IMG/VR virus record: IMGVR_UViG_3300028833_001955
Coordinates: 116 to 64,115 of that record
Strand: one strand, 5' to 3'
Source: a virus
Taxonomy: Duplodnaviria > Caudoviricetes
Length of the DNA stretch: 64,000 nt
Below are positions 20,504 through 30,680 of this stretch, one piece after another. The notes beneath the pieces are model-generated. The model ran no database searches, was not told the origin of the DNA, and worked only from the letters and a program-made list of their open reading frames with translations. The position numbers were made by a program, and so were the translations under genes. Within the stretch, counting starts at the first letter, position 1; every line of letters begins with the position of its first letter.

Positions 20504-20962
20504 ATGGATGTAAAAAAAGTCAAAAAAGGAAAACAGAATCAATATGTTAACCAAATTGTAAAAGATTATGACGAAGTGTGTATGTGTGGAAAAAATCTTT
20601 TCGGAGAATCAATAGATGATATTGATATTGGAAAAAAAGCACATCTCATACAACTTGGTAATATGAGGGAACAAAGAAAAAATTTCGGAAATCCTCAAGA
20701 TGGACGTGTGTATTCAGCAAAAGGGAGTTGTCCTACATTAACATTGTGTATGCCACTCAAATTTCTCATTGAAGACAACGGTGAATACAAGGTGAGGGAA
20801 CTAAGTGGATTTGAATCAATGAGATTGATGGGTGTTGATGATAATGATATTCAAAAAATAGTTGATGCTGGATTAAGCAATAACCAGTTGACACAATTGG
20901 CTGGAAATAGTATTGTTGTGAATATAATGAGTGAATTTTTTAAAGAAATGATTAAATGTTAA
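20504..20962 (+). CDS. Split C5 DNA methyltransferase, C-terminal part
   Basis: [12 protein letters not shown] (target-recognition-like), ESMRLMG (IX) and QLAGNSIVV (X). Confidence 0.85.
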   Translation: MDVKKVKKGKQNQYVNQIVKDYDEVCMCGKNLFGESIDDIDIGKKAHLIQLGNMREQRKNFGNPQDGRVYSAKGSCPTLTLCMPLKFLIEDNGEYKVRELSGFESMRLMGVDDNDIQKIVDAGLSNNQLTQLAGNSIVVNIMSEFFKEMIKC

Positions 20963-20984
20963 ATTTTTTAAAAATAGAAAAGAA

Positions 20985-21821
20985 ATGAAAGTGTTTTTAG
21001 GAGGGACTTGTGCTGAGTCCAGATGGCGTGAATATATCATGCCCAAACTTTTGTGTGATTATTTTAATCCAGTAGTCGATGACTGGACACCGGAGTGCCA
21101 ACAGTTGGAGGAACTTGAAAAAACAATCTGTGACCATCATTTATACGTTATCACACCAAAAATGAAAGGTGTCTATTCAATTGCAGAAGTGGTTTCAGAT
21201 TCCGTAAAAATGAAAGATAGGTGTATCTTTTGTGTAACAAAAGAGGATGATGATTTTGATTTTCACAAACACGAGAAAAAAAGTCTTGATGCAACGGCAA
21301 GATTAGTAGAGTCCAATGGTGCAATTGTGGCAAATAGTTTGGACGAAGTTGTATCGATTCTTAACAATCGATATATTCAAGAGAATTATACTCCCGTCAA
21401 AATCATTAACAACAGTGGGTATCCATTGCCTAAATATGAGACAAAGTTGTCAGCTGGTATGGATTTGAGAACTAATATTGATTCACCATATACATTGAAA
21501 CCCATGGAAAGGTATTTGTTCCCGACAGGTCTCTACATCCAGTTGAAAAAGGGATATGAGGCACAGATAAGACCGAGAAGTGGTCTTGCCGCCAAACATG
21601 GGATTACGGTGTTAAATGCACCTGGAACAATTGATGCAGACTATACCAATGAGGTGAAAGTGTGTCTTATCAATATGTCGAATGAAGATTTTACCATTAA
21701 TCCGGGTGATAGAATTGCCCAAATGGTTGTTACAAAACATGAAAGTGTTCATTGGTGTGAAGTCAGAGAACTTGATGAGACAGAACGAAAGGGTGGTTTT
21801 GGACATACTGGAATAAAATAA
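20985..21821 (+). CDS. dut: Nucleoside 2-deoxyribosyltransferase-like domain fused to a trimeric dUTPase
   Basis: N-half: VFLGGTC..SRWR...YFNPVVDDW...YSIAE. C-half: [21 protein letters not shown] and RKGGFGHTG. Confidence 0.88.
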   Translation: MKVFLGGTCAESRWREYIMPKLLCDYFNPVVDDWTPECQQLEELEKTICDHHLYVITPKMKGVYSIAEVVSDSVKMKDRCIFCVTKEDDDFDFHKHEKKSLDATARLVESNGAIVANSLDEVVSILNNRYIQENYTPVKIINNSGYPLPKYETKLSAGMDLRTNIDSPYTLKPMERYLFPTGLYIQLKKGYEAQIRPRSGLAAKHGITVLNAPGTIDADYTNEVKVCLINMSNEDFTINPGDRIAQMVVTKHESVHWCEVRELDETERKGGFGHTGIK

Positions 21822-21832
21822 AAAAAAAATGA

Positions 21833-21870
21833 AAAAACGGTCAGAAATCCTGACCGTTTTTGTTATATTT
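21833..21870 (+). terminator. Intrinsic terminator overlapping TTGTTATATTT (21860-21870)
   Basis: AAAAACGGTCAG-aaatc-CTGACCGTTTTT. Confidence 0.8.
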
Positions 21871-21895
21871 AGTTTAAATGTTTTAATTGTAAAAT

Positions 21896-22504
21896 ATGAA
21901 GAAACACTATATTTACGTTAGATGGTTGTTTGACAAACCATATGTTGGAAGATGTTGTGGATACAGTCCGATGGAGGCTGTGGAAAAAAGAGCCGGTAAA
22001 AATGGTTCCGGATATATGTCGAACCCAAAATTCATGAATGCCATATTATTGGCAGAAAATGGATTTAACGATGTTAGGACAGAAATTCTATGTGAGTGTA
22101 AAACCATAGAAGACGCCATACAAGCAGAAACAGATTATATAGTTAAGTTAGACAGTGTAAGAAATGGGTATAACTGCAATTATGGAGAGGGTGATAGGAA
22201 TGAGTCAATGCTGAAACTTTCCGGAGTACCATTTGAAATAAAGAAAAGAAAACAACCGAAAACTAAATGTGAGAATGGTTCTTTGGTTAAACTTAGTGAG
22301 TATTGCAAAGAACACAATCTTTTCGGAAAAGAAATAATAGATGATGTCGCTATCACAATCTTTGGGATTTCACCATCATCATTGACACATCTTCAGTATG
22401 AGAAAAGTGACCCGAGTGGAAATAGAAGAAGTGTTGATTTTTACAATAGATATCACATTAAGGATTATGTGAGAAACGAATTTATAATAGAACCACTTTT
22501 TTAA
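21896..22504 (+). CDS. Free-standing GIY-YIG-like (Seg-type) endonuclease
   Basis: HYIYV...PYVG, then a conserved R, AIQAET and GYNCN. Confidence 0.65.
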   Translation: MKKHYIYVRWLFDKPYVGRCCGYSPMEAVEKRAGKNGSGYMSNPKFMNAILLAENGFNDVRTEILCECKTIEDAIQAETDYIVKLDSVRNGYNCNYGEGDRNESMLKLSGVPFEIKKRKQPKTKCENGSLVKLSEYCKEHNLFGKEIIDDVAITIFGISPSSLTHLQYEKSDPSGNRRSVDFYNRYHIKDYVRNEFIIEPLF

Positions 22505-22523
22505 TAAAAAATAATAATTTAAT

Positions 22524-23492
22524 ATGACAGTAAATAATATTGATTCTATTCTCTGGACTGAGAGATACAGACCAACGTGTCTTGACGAACTTATCGTGCC
22601 GAAACATATAAAAGAGTTGTTGAGTAAAGGTGTGATACAATCCATGTTGTTTTATGGAACCGCCGGTATTGGAAAAACTTCAGCGGCCAGGGCAATTACG
22701 AAACAATTCAAGCACAACACCCTTTACTTGAATATGTCCGAAACTACTGGTGTGGATACGATACGTGAGACCATTATGGATTTTGCAATGAACAATTCCG
22801 TGTTACACTATGATAATCCAATCAAAGTGGTGATTATGGATGAGATGGACGGTATGAGTCTACAAGCATATAATGCTCTACGTGCAACAATGGAAAAATG
22901 TGCAAGAAATACACGTTTTATCGGCACATGCAATTATATCGAAAAGATTCCGGCACCAATTCAATCACGTTTCCAACTTGTAGATTTCAACTTTACGAGT
23001 GACGAGATGAAAGAAATAAAGATTGGCCAATTCAAAAGAGTTTGTGAAATTTGTACAAAAGAAGGTTTGAAAATAACCCGTGAGGCGGCTCTTAAAATGG
23101 TTGAAACATTCTTTCCTGATTTTAGGTCTGTTGTCAACCATCTTCAAAGATACAAATTGGAGGGAAAGGAGTCTGTTGATGTAGATGATATCAAAGATAA
23201 TATAAGTGAATATTCAGAACTTTATGACATGATTTTAACAAAAGACGACCCTGTTGAGAACTACAAGTTTGTTATGAAGAACTATTCAAATACAGTTGAT
23301 GAAACAATCGCTGCACTTGGTAATCCGTTTGTTCAATATATTATGAAAAACAGACCAAACGCTATTCCAAAGATACCAATTATTGCAATCTTGAACGCCA
23401 AATATCAAATGAACTTGAAACAGTCAATAGACCCGGTTATTGTTCTGTTGGCAAACGTCTATGAATTACAGCAAGAAATCCAAAGTAACTAA
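22524..23492 (+). CDS. gp44: Sliding-clamp loader AAA+ subunit
   Basis: WTERYRP, GTAGIGKT, MDEMD and IQSRF. Confidence 0.92.
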   Translation: MTVNNIDSILWTERYRPTCLDELIVPKHIKELLSKGVIQSMLFYGTAGIGKTSAARAITKQFKHNTLYLNMSETTGVDTIRETIMDFAMNNSVLHYDNPIKVVIMDEMDGMSLQAYNALRATMEKCARNTRFIGTCNYIEKIPAPIQSRFQLVDFNFTSDEMKEIKIGQFKRVCEICTKEGLKITREAALKMVETFFPDFRSVVNHLQRYKLEGKESVDVDDIKDNISEYSELYDMILTKDDPVENYKFVMKNYSNTVDETIAALGNPFVQYIMKNRPNAIPKIPIIAILNAKYQMNLKQSIDPVIVLLANVYELQQEIQSN

Positions 23493-23495
23493 AAT

Positions 23496-25460
23496 ATGGG
23501 TGAAATATATAAAGATATTGAAAAAAATCCAGAAAATAATACTACTGAAATCCAAGTGAATATAGGTGAGGTTATACAAGAACCACAGTTTGAGATAAAG
23601 TTCAGAGATGATGAAATTAAGAGAGTTAGGAATATAATAGAAAAGAATAGCAACCGTTCTGTTTTACTTATTGGTGATTATGGATGTGGTAAACGTAGTA
23701 TTATAGAGGGTCTTGTTGAAATGTTTAAAAATGAAAATTCTGAAGACGATTATAGAATTGTGAATTTTGATTTTTTGAGCGTTTTGAAAGTTTCAAATAA
23801 TAAAAAAGAGTTTGAGGATGGTCTGAAAAAGATATTCAATGGATTTGTTATAGATAATGAAAGAATCAATATCATCAATATAAATAATCTTGGACATTTG
23901 GTTCATTATAATTGTTTTGATAATTTTGGATATATGTTTCTCAATGAGGTGATATATCAAATAGAAAAATGTGGTCTGAGAATAATAGCAACCACAACAA
24001 ATAAAGAATATTCTGAATTAGAGACACATTTTTCTAAAATTCTTGATTATTTCACCAAAATCAAACTTACTGAACTCACAAAGGAACAGACTTGTGAAAT
24101 TATTGAAAATGAATTATCAACACTTGAAAGTATATATCAAGTAAAACTTCCAGAAAATACATGTAAAATTGTTTGTGAAAATGCTGATTCGTATGTAAAG
24201 AATGGTGTATTCCCGAAGAAAGCGGAAGACTTGCTTGAAGAGGTTTTTTCGTTTATATCACGTAAATATTCAAACGATGAGACTTTGGATAAAATGAAAT
24301 CTGAATTATCCAACCTTAAAACGGAACTCATAGAAGCAGTTAATTCTGGTGACTACGAAAGGTCTAATGAAATTGATAATAAAATTGAGAAAAAACAAAA
24401 GTCTATAATTGATTATAATTTAAATAAGGATATTATAGATGCAACCGAAACCGATATTCTTGAAGCAATCGGGTTCATTCTCAATATTCCTATGACGAAA
24501 TTATCAAAAGATAAGACTCTTTTCTTGAAAAATCTACCAGACGAAATCAAGAAAGACATCATCGGTCAGGATGAGACCGTCGACAAGATTGTCAAAAACA
24601 TCAGAAGAAATCATCTTGGTTTAAGAAAGAAAGCACATTCCGCTGGTAACTATATGTTCATCGGTTCCACTGGTGTCGGTAAGACTGCATTTGCAAAATC
24701 ACTTGCAAAGAACTTGTATGGAAGTGAGGAGAGTATTTTGAGATTTGATATGTCCGAGTTCCAACAAGAGATTGACGTTACTAAACTTCTTGGTTCAGCA
24801 CCCGGTTATGTCGGATACAAAGAAAGTGGACTTCTTGTGAAGGGTCTTGCAAAGAAACCCGAATGTGTTTGTCTGTTCGATGAAATTGAAAAGGCACATC
24901 CAAAGGTTTATGATGTTCTTCTTCAGTTACTTGATGAAGGAAGCATTACCGGTTCAGATGGTGTAAAGGTGGATGGTAGTAAGGCTCTCATAATTTTTAC
25001 TTCAAATATCGGTGTGAAGTCTGCAAAGGAACTTTCCAATCCAATGGGTTTTACTGATAACTATGAAGAGTTGAAAAATAAGCGAGAGGAAAATATTATG
25101 GTGAAAGCACTCAAAAAAAGATTTTCTCCTGAGTTTATAAACAGACTTGATTCAATTTGTTACTTCAATAATTTAAGTCGTGGTGTTCTTGAAACTATCT
25201 TGGATAAAGAAATGAATGAAATGAACAAGGGAATCAATAATATCACAAAAAAAGAAGTGGAATTAAGTAGTGAAGTAAAGAATTGGATTTTGGATAAGGT
25301 TGAACTCGAACATAATGGTGCTAGACCTATTATAAGACTTCTTGAACAAGAAATTGAGGAAGGTGTTGCAAATCTTGTTGTTAACGATTCTGAAATATTA
25401 AATAATGATGGTGACAAATTGTTCGCTGTCTTAGAGAATGATAAAATAATACTAAAATAA
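23496..25460 (+). CDS. ClpC/ClpA-like AAA+ unfoldase with no N-domain and a degenerate first ring
   Basis: D2: GSTGVGKT, RFDMSEF, GSAPGYVGY, FDEIEKAHP and GARP; UVR-like AVNSGDYERS. Confidence 0.9.
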   Translation: MGEIYKDIEKNPENNTTEIQVNIGEVIQEPQFEIKFRDDEIKRVRNIIEKNSNRSVLLIGDYGCGKRSIIEGLVEMFKNENSEDDYRIVNFDFLSVLKVSNNKKEFEDGLKKIFNGFVIDNERINIININNLGHLVHYNCFDNFGYMFLNEVIYQIEKCGLRIIATTTNKEYSELETHFSKILDYFTKIKLTELTKEQTCEIIENELSTLESIYQVKLPENTCKIVCENADSYVKNGVFPKKAEDLLEEVFSFISRKYSNDETLDKMKSELSNLKTELIEAVNSGDYERSNEIDNKIEKKQKSIIDYNLNKDIIDATETDILEAIGFILNIPMTKLSKDKTLFLKNLPDEIKKDIIGQDETVDKIVKNIRRNHLGLRKKAHSAGNYMFIGSTGVGKTAFAKSLAKNLYGSEESILRFDMSEFQQEIDVTKLLGSAPGYVGYKESGLLVKGLAKKPECVCLFDEIEKAHPKVYDVLLQLLDEGSITGSDGVKVDGSKALIIFTSNIGVKSAKELSNPMGFTDNYEELKNKREENIMVKALKKRFSPEFINRLDSICYFNNLSRGVLETILDKEMNEMNKGINNITKKEVELSSEVKNWILDKVELEHNGARPIIRLLEQEIEEGVANLVVNDSEILNNDGDKLFAVLENDKIILK

Positions 25461-25467
25461 TTTAACT

Positions 25468-25851
25468 ATGAAAGTAGCAGTTTGTGGTAATGATATACAT
25501 GAAGTTACGAATGTTGTATCAAAACTTGAAAAAATTTTGAACACGGAAGCTGTCACTCCGAAAATTATGTCGGAACACCCAATTGTCGAGATGGCCGCTG
25601 AAACCTATGGTCAAAACAAGAGAAAAAATGTAGTGTATGTCGGATGTGTTTTGACATATTTGGTAAATGTCGATGAAAAGTTTTTTGATGTATACGAACA
25701 AATCGTACTAACGTCACTCTTAAATCTAGACAAAGTGTTTGTTGTAACAAACAATATGGATGAAAATGAACTCAGTATATATAAGTATTACGGTTCATTG
25801 ATGGATGGTAAGATAATGTTTGTATCAAATGTAAATGACGTTATTTTATGA
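25468..25851 (+). CDS. Hypothetical protein
   Basis: 127-aa ORF with an ATGA overlap into the next gene. Confidence 0.6.
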   Translation: MKVAVCGNDIHEVTNVVSKLEKILNTEAVTPKIMSEHPIVEMAAETYGQNKRKNVVYVGCVLTYLVNVDEKFFDVYEQIVLTSLLNLDKVFVVTNNMDENELSIYKYYGSLMDGKIMFVSNVNDVIL

Positions 25852-27494
25852 AATTAAAAAAGGTTAGTTGGAAGAATTTCAAATCATATTCCAATATAAT
25901 GACCGAGATTGATTTTTCCGATACCGCTTCACTTAACTTAATCGTTGGTGTTAACGGTACCGGAAAATCAAGTATTGCTGAATGTATAACGTATTTGTTG
26001 TATGGAAAAATTGAAAATTTCACAGCATCCGATATACCGAATAGGACAAACAAAAACTTCTATGGAAAAATAGAACTTGATTGTGATGGTCATTGTGTTG
26101 AAATAGAACGTGGGTTGTTACCGTCATTATTCAAAGTAAAGATAGATGGTACTGAAGTAGATACCGCCGGTAAGACAAACGTACAAGCGATGTTGGAAGA
26201 TAATTACTTCCGTATTCCATATTCGGTGTTTAAGAACATCATAGTTCTGTCGATAAATGATTTTAAGTCACTTGTAAATTTGAGTCCGGCCGATAAAAGA
26301 AATATCATCGACCGTATCTTTGGATTCACCATTTTTAACGAGATTTTGAAAAAGGTGAAAGAAGATGTCAAAGGTGTCGATAACGAATTGTCTGAAAATT
26401 TCGGTTCTTTAAGAACAAACAATAGTTCGATTGATAGAATCACCAACCAAGTCGAGGAACTTAAAAGCAATATTGTGTCACAAGATGAATTAAAGAGTAT
26501 TGCATTAAGTATAAAAAAGGCAGAAGAGGATGAAAAAACAAACGACAATAATATACGTAAGTTGCAAGACAAACGTGAGGAAATAAGAACTACAACACTC
26601 GAAAAAAATGGTGATATTCGTGAGGCCAAGAACAGAATATCCGAAATAGATGAAAAGGTCAGACTCATAGATTCCGGTAGATGTCCAAAGTGTGGGAGTT
26701 CATTGAATACGGAAGAATTTCTTTCAGAAAAGGAGGAACTTTTGAATGAAAGGAAAGAGTGTGAAGACAAGATACGTGTCGTTACTGAAATTATAAACGA
26801 AAGTGTAAAAAAAGTAAAACTTTTGGATGACAATATAGTCAAATTTAGAAACAAGAGTCAGAAGTCTAACATACTCGAATTGAAGTCTGATTTAAAGGGT
26901 AAGATAAATGCCAACAATGCAAAAATAGACCCGTTGATTGAGACGAAAAAGCAGATTGAGGATGATATTATAAAACTCACAGAAGAACAAAACATACTCA
27001 CAGATAAGAAACTTAACTACTCTATTTTGTTGAGAATGTTGGGTGATGACGGAGGAATAAAACAGATGATTGCAAAGTCGTATATCAAAGAATTAAATTC
27101 AATTGTCTCATCCACCATAAACTTTATGAACATGCCATATTCGGTTGTGTTTGACAGTAATTTTAATACAACCATTATGCAAAATGGTTCAAAAGTTAGT
27201 TATAAGACATTGAGTACCGGTGAGAAGAAGAGGGTTGATTTTGCAACAATCATAAGTTTTGTCAAGTTGTTGAAACTTCAATATGGAGAATTGAATCTTC
27301 TTTTTATAGATGAGTTGTTTAGTAACATAGACATAGATGGTGTTGGAGATATGTTACAACTTTTGAAAGATTTAAGTCAAGAATTGAATTTGAATATATT
27401 TCTTATTCATCATGCACGTCTTGAAAATGTGATGTTCGATAATGTTTTCGAAACTACAAAAAAGGACACTTTTAGTCATTTGAATAAATGCTAA
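25848..27494 (+). CDS. gp46: Rad50/SbcC-like recombination ATPase
   Basis: GVNGTGKS, coiled coil with CPKC zinc hook, LSTGEKKR and FIDE. Confidence 0.92.
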   Translation: MKLKKVSWKNFKSYSNIMTEIDFSDTASLNLIVGVNGTGKSSIAECITYLLYGKIENFTASDIPNRTNKNFYGKIELDCDGHCVEIERGLLPSLFKVKIDGTEVDTAGKTNVQAMLEDNYFRIPYSVFKNIIVLSINDFKSLVNLSPADKRNIIDRIFGFTIFNEILKKVKEDVKGVDNELSENFGSLRTNNSSIDRITNQVEELKSNIVSQDELKSIALSIKKAEEDEKTNDNNIRKLQDKREEIRTTTLEKNGDIREAKNRISEIDEKVRLIDSGRCPKCGSSLNTEEFLSEKEELLNERKECEDKIRVVTEIINESVKKVKLLDDNIVKFRNKSQKSNILELKSDLKGKINANNAKIDPLIETKKQIEDDIIKLTEEQNILTDKKLNYSILLRMLGDDGGIKQMIAKSYIKELNSIVSSTINFMNMPYSVVFDSNFNTTIMQNGSKVSYKTLSTGEKKRVDFATIISFVKLLKLQYGELNLLFIDELFSNIDIDGVGDMLQLLKDLSQELNLNIFLIHHARLENVMFDNVFETTKKDTFSHLNKC

Positions 27495-27505
27495 AAGTGT
27501 TTTTT

Positions 27506-27513
27506 CATAAATA
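27506..27513 (+). promoter_or_regulatory. Late-promoter-like CATAAATA
   Basis: Exact octamer upstream of 27538. Confidence 0.7.
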
Positions 27514-27537
27514 AAATATATACAAAGAAAATTAGAT

Positions 27538-30500
27538 ATGACTATAGAAGAATTGTTCAGTAAAGAAGTTGGTGATTATGTTGTGGAGTTAAATAAAAAA
27601 TACCAAAACATAAGTGCTGATGAATTTCGTGACCTTTTAGATGAATTTGTTGATAATCATAAAGTCAATATAATTGAAGAAGAAATTGACTTTGGTTTAA
27701 TAGATGACGATTCTGATGAAGACTCAGATGAAGACTTGGATAAAGAATTGAAAAAAAAATTGGAAAATGACTCCGAGGAAGAATTAGATAAAGAACCAGA
27801 TGAAGAATTAGATAAAGAACCAGATGAAGAGTTAGATAAAGAACCAGATGAAGATAAAAAAGAAGATAAAAGAAAAACTACTATTGTAAAGACTCACGAT
27901 TTAGGCTCTAGAAAATCAGTAAAAACTGTTTTTAGAAGACCAGACTTAGACCCAGACGATGATAGATATGTTCTTAGAAAGGATTCAAAGGGTAGAGTAA
28001 GAAGAAGACCTCTTGTTGATAATTCAAAGGATTCTAAAAGAAATATTCATAAAATTGTAGAAACTTGGTATAATAGATGTATTAAAGAAAAGAATGGTGA
28101 AAATGAAATGGTAGTCACACGACTTAAATATCTTTATACTAGTGAAGTGAAAGACATGTCTGCATTGTTTGCATTTTGTAATGTCCCAAGAATAGATTTG
28201 AGTGAATGGGATACATCAAATGTAGAAAATATGGAAGGTATGTTTTACCGTTCAACTTTCAATAATTCTTCTATCGAAAATTGGGATGTTAGTTCTTGTA
28301 AGAATTTTAAGAATATGTTTGTTGGTAGTAGATTTTCTGGAGACATTAGTAAATGGGTACCGGGTAGTCGAGAAGAGTTTGTTTATGATGATGAGGGGTA
28401 TGTTATTAAAGAAGTAGACCCAAAAACTGGTGAAGAACGTTTAAAGACAAAAAGAGTATTAGCAACCTTACCAAAAGTTGGTGCTCGTTTAACTGAATTG
28501 GAAGTTGAAGGTGATGAAGAAAGAATGGATTTGTTAGATTATGATTATACAGATGAAGATGATGAAGGTGGAGTAAAAGAAAATAAATCAACAAATAAAC
28601 ATATTTTAACGATAGACGAATTTGTAAACGAAGGTTTATATGATAAGATAAAACATGGATTTAAACGTGGTCTTGATATTGTTAAAAAAAGTATTAGAAC
28701 ACTTAAAGTTAAATTGAATGATTTCTTTGTTGTGAATATAAATCCATTTACCGGAACGATAATTAATGCTATTGATATAGATACTACATTGAATTATGTA
28801 AGGGATGAAAATCCGAAAGGTGTTTCTTTGTGTATGAATGGGTTTAATAATGTTGACCTAAGTGACACGAGTAGGTATGGATGGATTAAAAAAGGTTCGG
28901 TTGAAGCAAGAAATTATGTTACATTTATGAATATGTTGTTTGATTCGGATAGTTCAAGTGTGATATCTGAAGCGAAAATTCCTTTAATATCTAAGGGGTC
29001 GGGTCTTGAACTTCCAAATATAACGACTAGTGGACTTATTCGTAAAATTAGAGATGTTATGATTAATACACCTTCAGAAACTGGTAGAAGTACTGCAAGA
29101 ACACTTGTTGTTTATGGTGCTCCTGGTATAGGTAAGACATCTATACCAAAATCAATAATAAAAGAATATAACAGAGAAGTTTCTGCTTATAACGAAACCG
29201 AAGAAGGGAAGAAAAATCCAAAAGGAAAGAAAGCAATAATTGTAATTGAGTGTGGTGATTTGGAACTTGGTGGTTTTAATATCCCAATGCCACAGATGAC
29301 AAATCTTAAAGATGTTGTTTTCTCAAACACCGCTGTAAAAAATAGTTTGATTAGAGGTGGATATACTGATAGTGATTTTGCAGAATGTGAAAAAATATCT
29401 CATATGAGAACATTTGAATCACCAAAAACTTGGTTACCAGTATATTATACGGGTGGAACTAAAGAAGAAAGAGTTGCAGCACAAGCAGTTGCAAATGGTA
29501 GACATATTGAATCAATGGTTTATAACAAAAAGACAAAAAAATTTGATGAAATAATAGAAGAAACAACTGAAGGAGGTATAATCATTTTCGATGAATTTTT
29601 GAGAGCAGACCCAGAATTGTTTAAAACAATATGCCAACTTGTACAAAACAGAACAATCGGACATGGTGAATATAGACTCGGTTCTATGTGGGGTATTATC
29701 TGTTGTTCAAATAGACCTTGTGATGATGATGAGGTGAAAGCACACTATGACCAGCAATCTGTTGCTATGTCAAATCGTTTCTTAGATGGTGCATATAATT
29801 TCGTACCAGATTTTTATGAATGGTTGGATTGGGCAAAGAAGGATGGTCATTTCGATGACTATACGTTAAGTTTTATAGCACAAGATACACCTGGTAATAA
29901 AGAAGAATACACGGTTGGTGAAAAGGGTGGTGAAAAGGATATTACGATATATGCTAACTGGCATAACGCCGATGTTGAGAAATTTTCAAGTGGTGCTGAA
30001 CCGATACCTACGACACCTCGTGGTTGGGCAGCCATTATGGAATGGGTGGAAGACCGTAAAAGAGTAGATGGTGTATCAAGTATTTTTGATATAGATATGA
30101 ATGATTTGAGATTACAAGCATGTGGTGTTATTGGTAGAGAAATTGGAAACGCTTATGTGGATTATATGGAAGACCAAAAAAAATTGGTGTATAGTGGTAA
30201 AAAACCACCAACAAGTAAATTCTTTGAATCGGAGATTCCAGGTGATGAGATAGATGTAAATGCATATAAAGTGAGTGAAGCAATAAAAGACATAGAACAA
30301 TATGTACGAAATAATTTTACGAGAAGTGATATAGAAAGTGCTGATACATCAATAGGAGAATCGTTTCTCATTATGGCAATGAATTTAGATAAATTTTATG
30401 CTAAATCAGTTATGCCAACAGATATAAAAATGTTACATAATAATATAGTGAGAAACATATTCAAGATTAGAAAGGATAAAAAGGATAAAAATATCATTAT

Positions 30501-30570
30501 AAATATGAGACCTTATCTTGAATATATTGGAGACCCCAAAAGATATGATGTTAATTTGCTTGATAGTTAA
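27538..30570 (+). CDS. Multidomain protein: acidic N-terminus, DUF285-type repeats and MoxR-like AAA+ ATPase
   Basis: DLSEWDTSNVENMEGMF repeats; YGAPGIGKT, IIFDEFLRAD, SNRP, MSNRF and TPRGW. Confidence 0.8.
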   Translation: MTIEELFSKEVGDYVVELNKKYQNISADEFRDLLDEFVDNHKVNIIEEEIDFGLIDDDSDEDSDEDLDKELKKKLENDSEEELDKEPDEELDKEPDEELDKEPDEDKKEDKRKTTIVKTHDLGSRKSVKTVFRRPDLDPDDDRYVLRKDSKGRVRRRPLVDNSKDSKRNIHKIVETWYNRCIKEKNGENEMVVTRLKYLYTSEVKDMSALFAFCNVPRIDLSEWDTSNVENMEGMFYRSTFNNSSIENWDVSSCKNFKNMFVGSRFSGDISKWVPGSREEFVYDDEGYVIKEVDPKTGEERLKTKRVLATLPKVGARLTELEVEGDEERMDLLDYDYTDEDDEGGVKENKSTNKHILTIDEFVNEGLYDKIKHGFKRGLDIVKKSIRTLKVKLNDFFVVNINPFTGTIINAIDIDTTLNYVRDENPKGVSLCMNGFNNVDLSDTSRYGWIKKGSVEARNYVTFMNMLFDSDSSSVISEAKIPLISKGSGLELPNITTSGLIRKIRDVMINTPSETGRSTARTLVVYGAPGIGKTSIPKSIIKEYNREVSAYNETEEGKKNPKGKKAIIVIECGDLELGGFNIPMPQMTNLKDVVFSNTAVKNSLIRGGYTDSDFAECEKISHMRTFESPKTWLPVYYTGGTKEERVAAQAVANGRHIESMVYNKKTKKFDEIIEETTEGGIIIFDEFLRADPELFKTICQLVQNRTIGHGEYRLGSMWGIICCSNRPCDDDEVKAHYDQQSVAMSNRFLDGAYNFVPDFYEWLDWAKKDGHFDDYTLSFIAQDTPGNKEEYTVGEKGGEKDITIYANWHNADVEKFSSGAEPIPTTPRGWAAIMEWVEDRKRVDGVSSIFDIDMNDLRLQACGVIGREIGNAYVDYMEDQKKLVYSGKKPPTSKFFESEIPGDEIDVNAYKVSEAIKDIEQYVRNNFTRSDIESADTSIGESFLIMAMNLDKFYAKSVMPTDIKMLHNNIVRNIFKIRKDKKDKNIIINMRPYLEYIGDPKRYDVNLLDS
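27781..27852 (+). repeat. Three tandem 24-bp repeats encoding ELDKEPDE
   Basis: gaattagataaagaaccagatgaa twice, then gagttagataaagaaccagatgaa. Confidence 0.95.
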
Positions 30571-30586
30571 ATATAATATATCTATT

Positions 30587-30632
30587 AAAATGGTTGGAAA
30601 TTTATTTCCAACCATTTTTTTTTACATAAATA
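30587..30632 (+). terminator. Intrinsic terminator followed by CATAAATA (30625-30632)
   Basis: AAAATGGTTGGAAAT-tt-ATTTCCAACCATTTT. Confidence 0.85.
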
Positions 30633-30680
30633 AATTATAAAAAATATTGTTATATGAATGTTATATATAATGACATATAT

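Noticed and set aside
21896-22504. Group I intron hosting the GIY-YIG gene
   Set aside because: The flanking dUTPase and clamp-loader genes are each complete, and a terminator and promoter separate them from this ORF.
25468-25851. P-loop kinase call based on MKVAVCG
   Set aside because: No GKT/S motif follows, so it is left as hypothetical.
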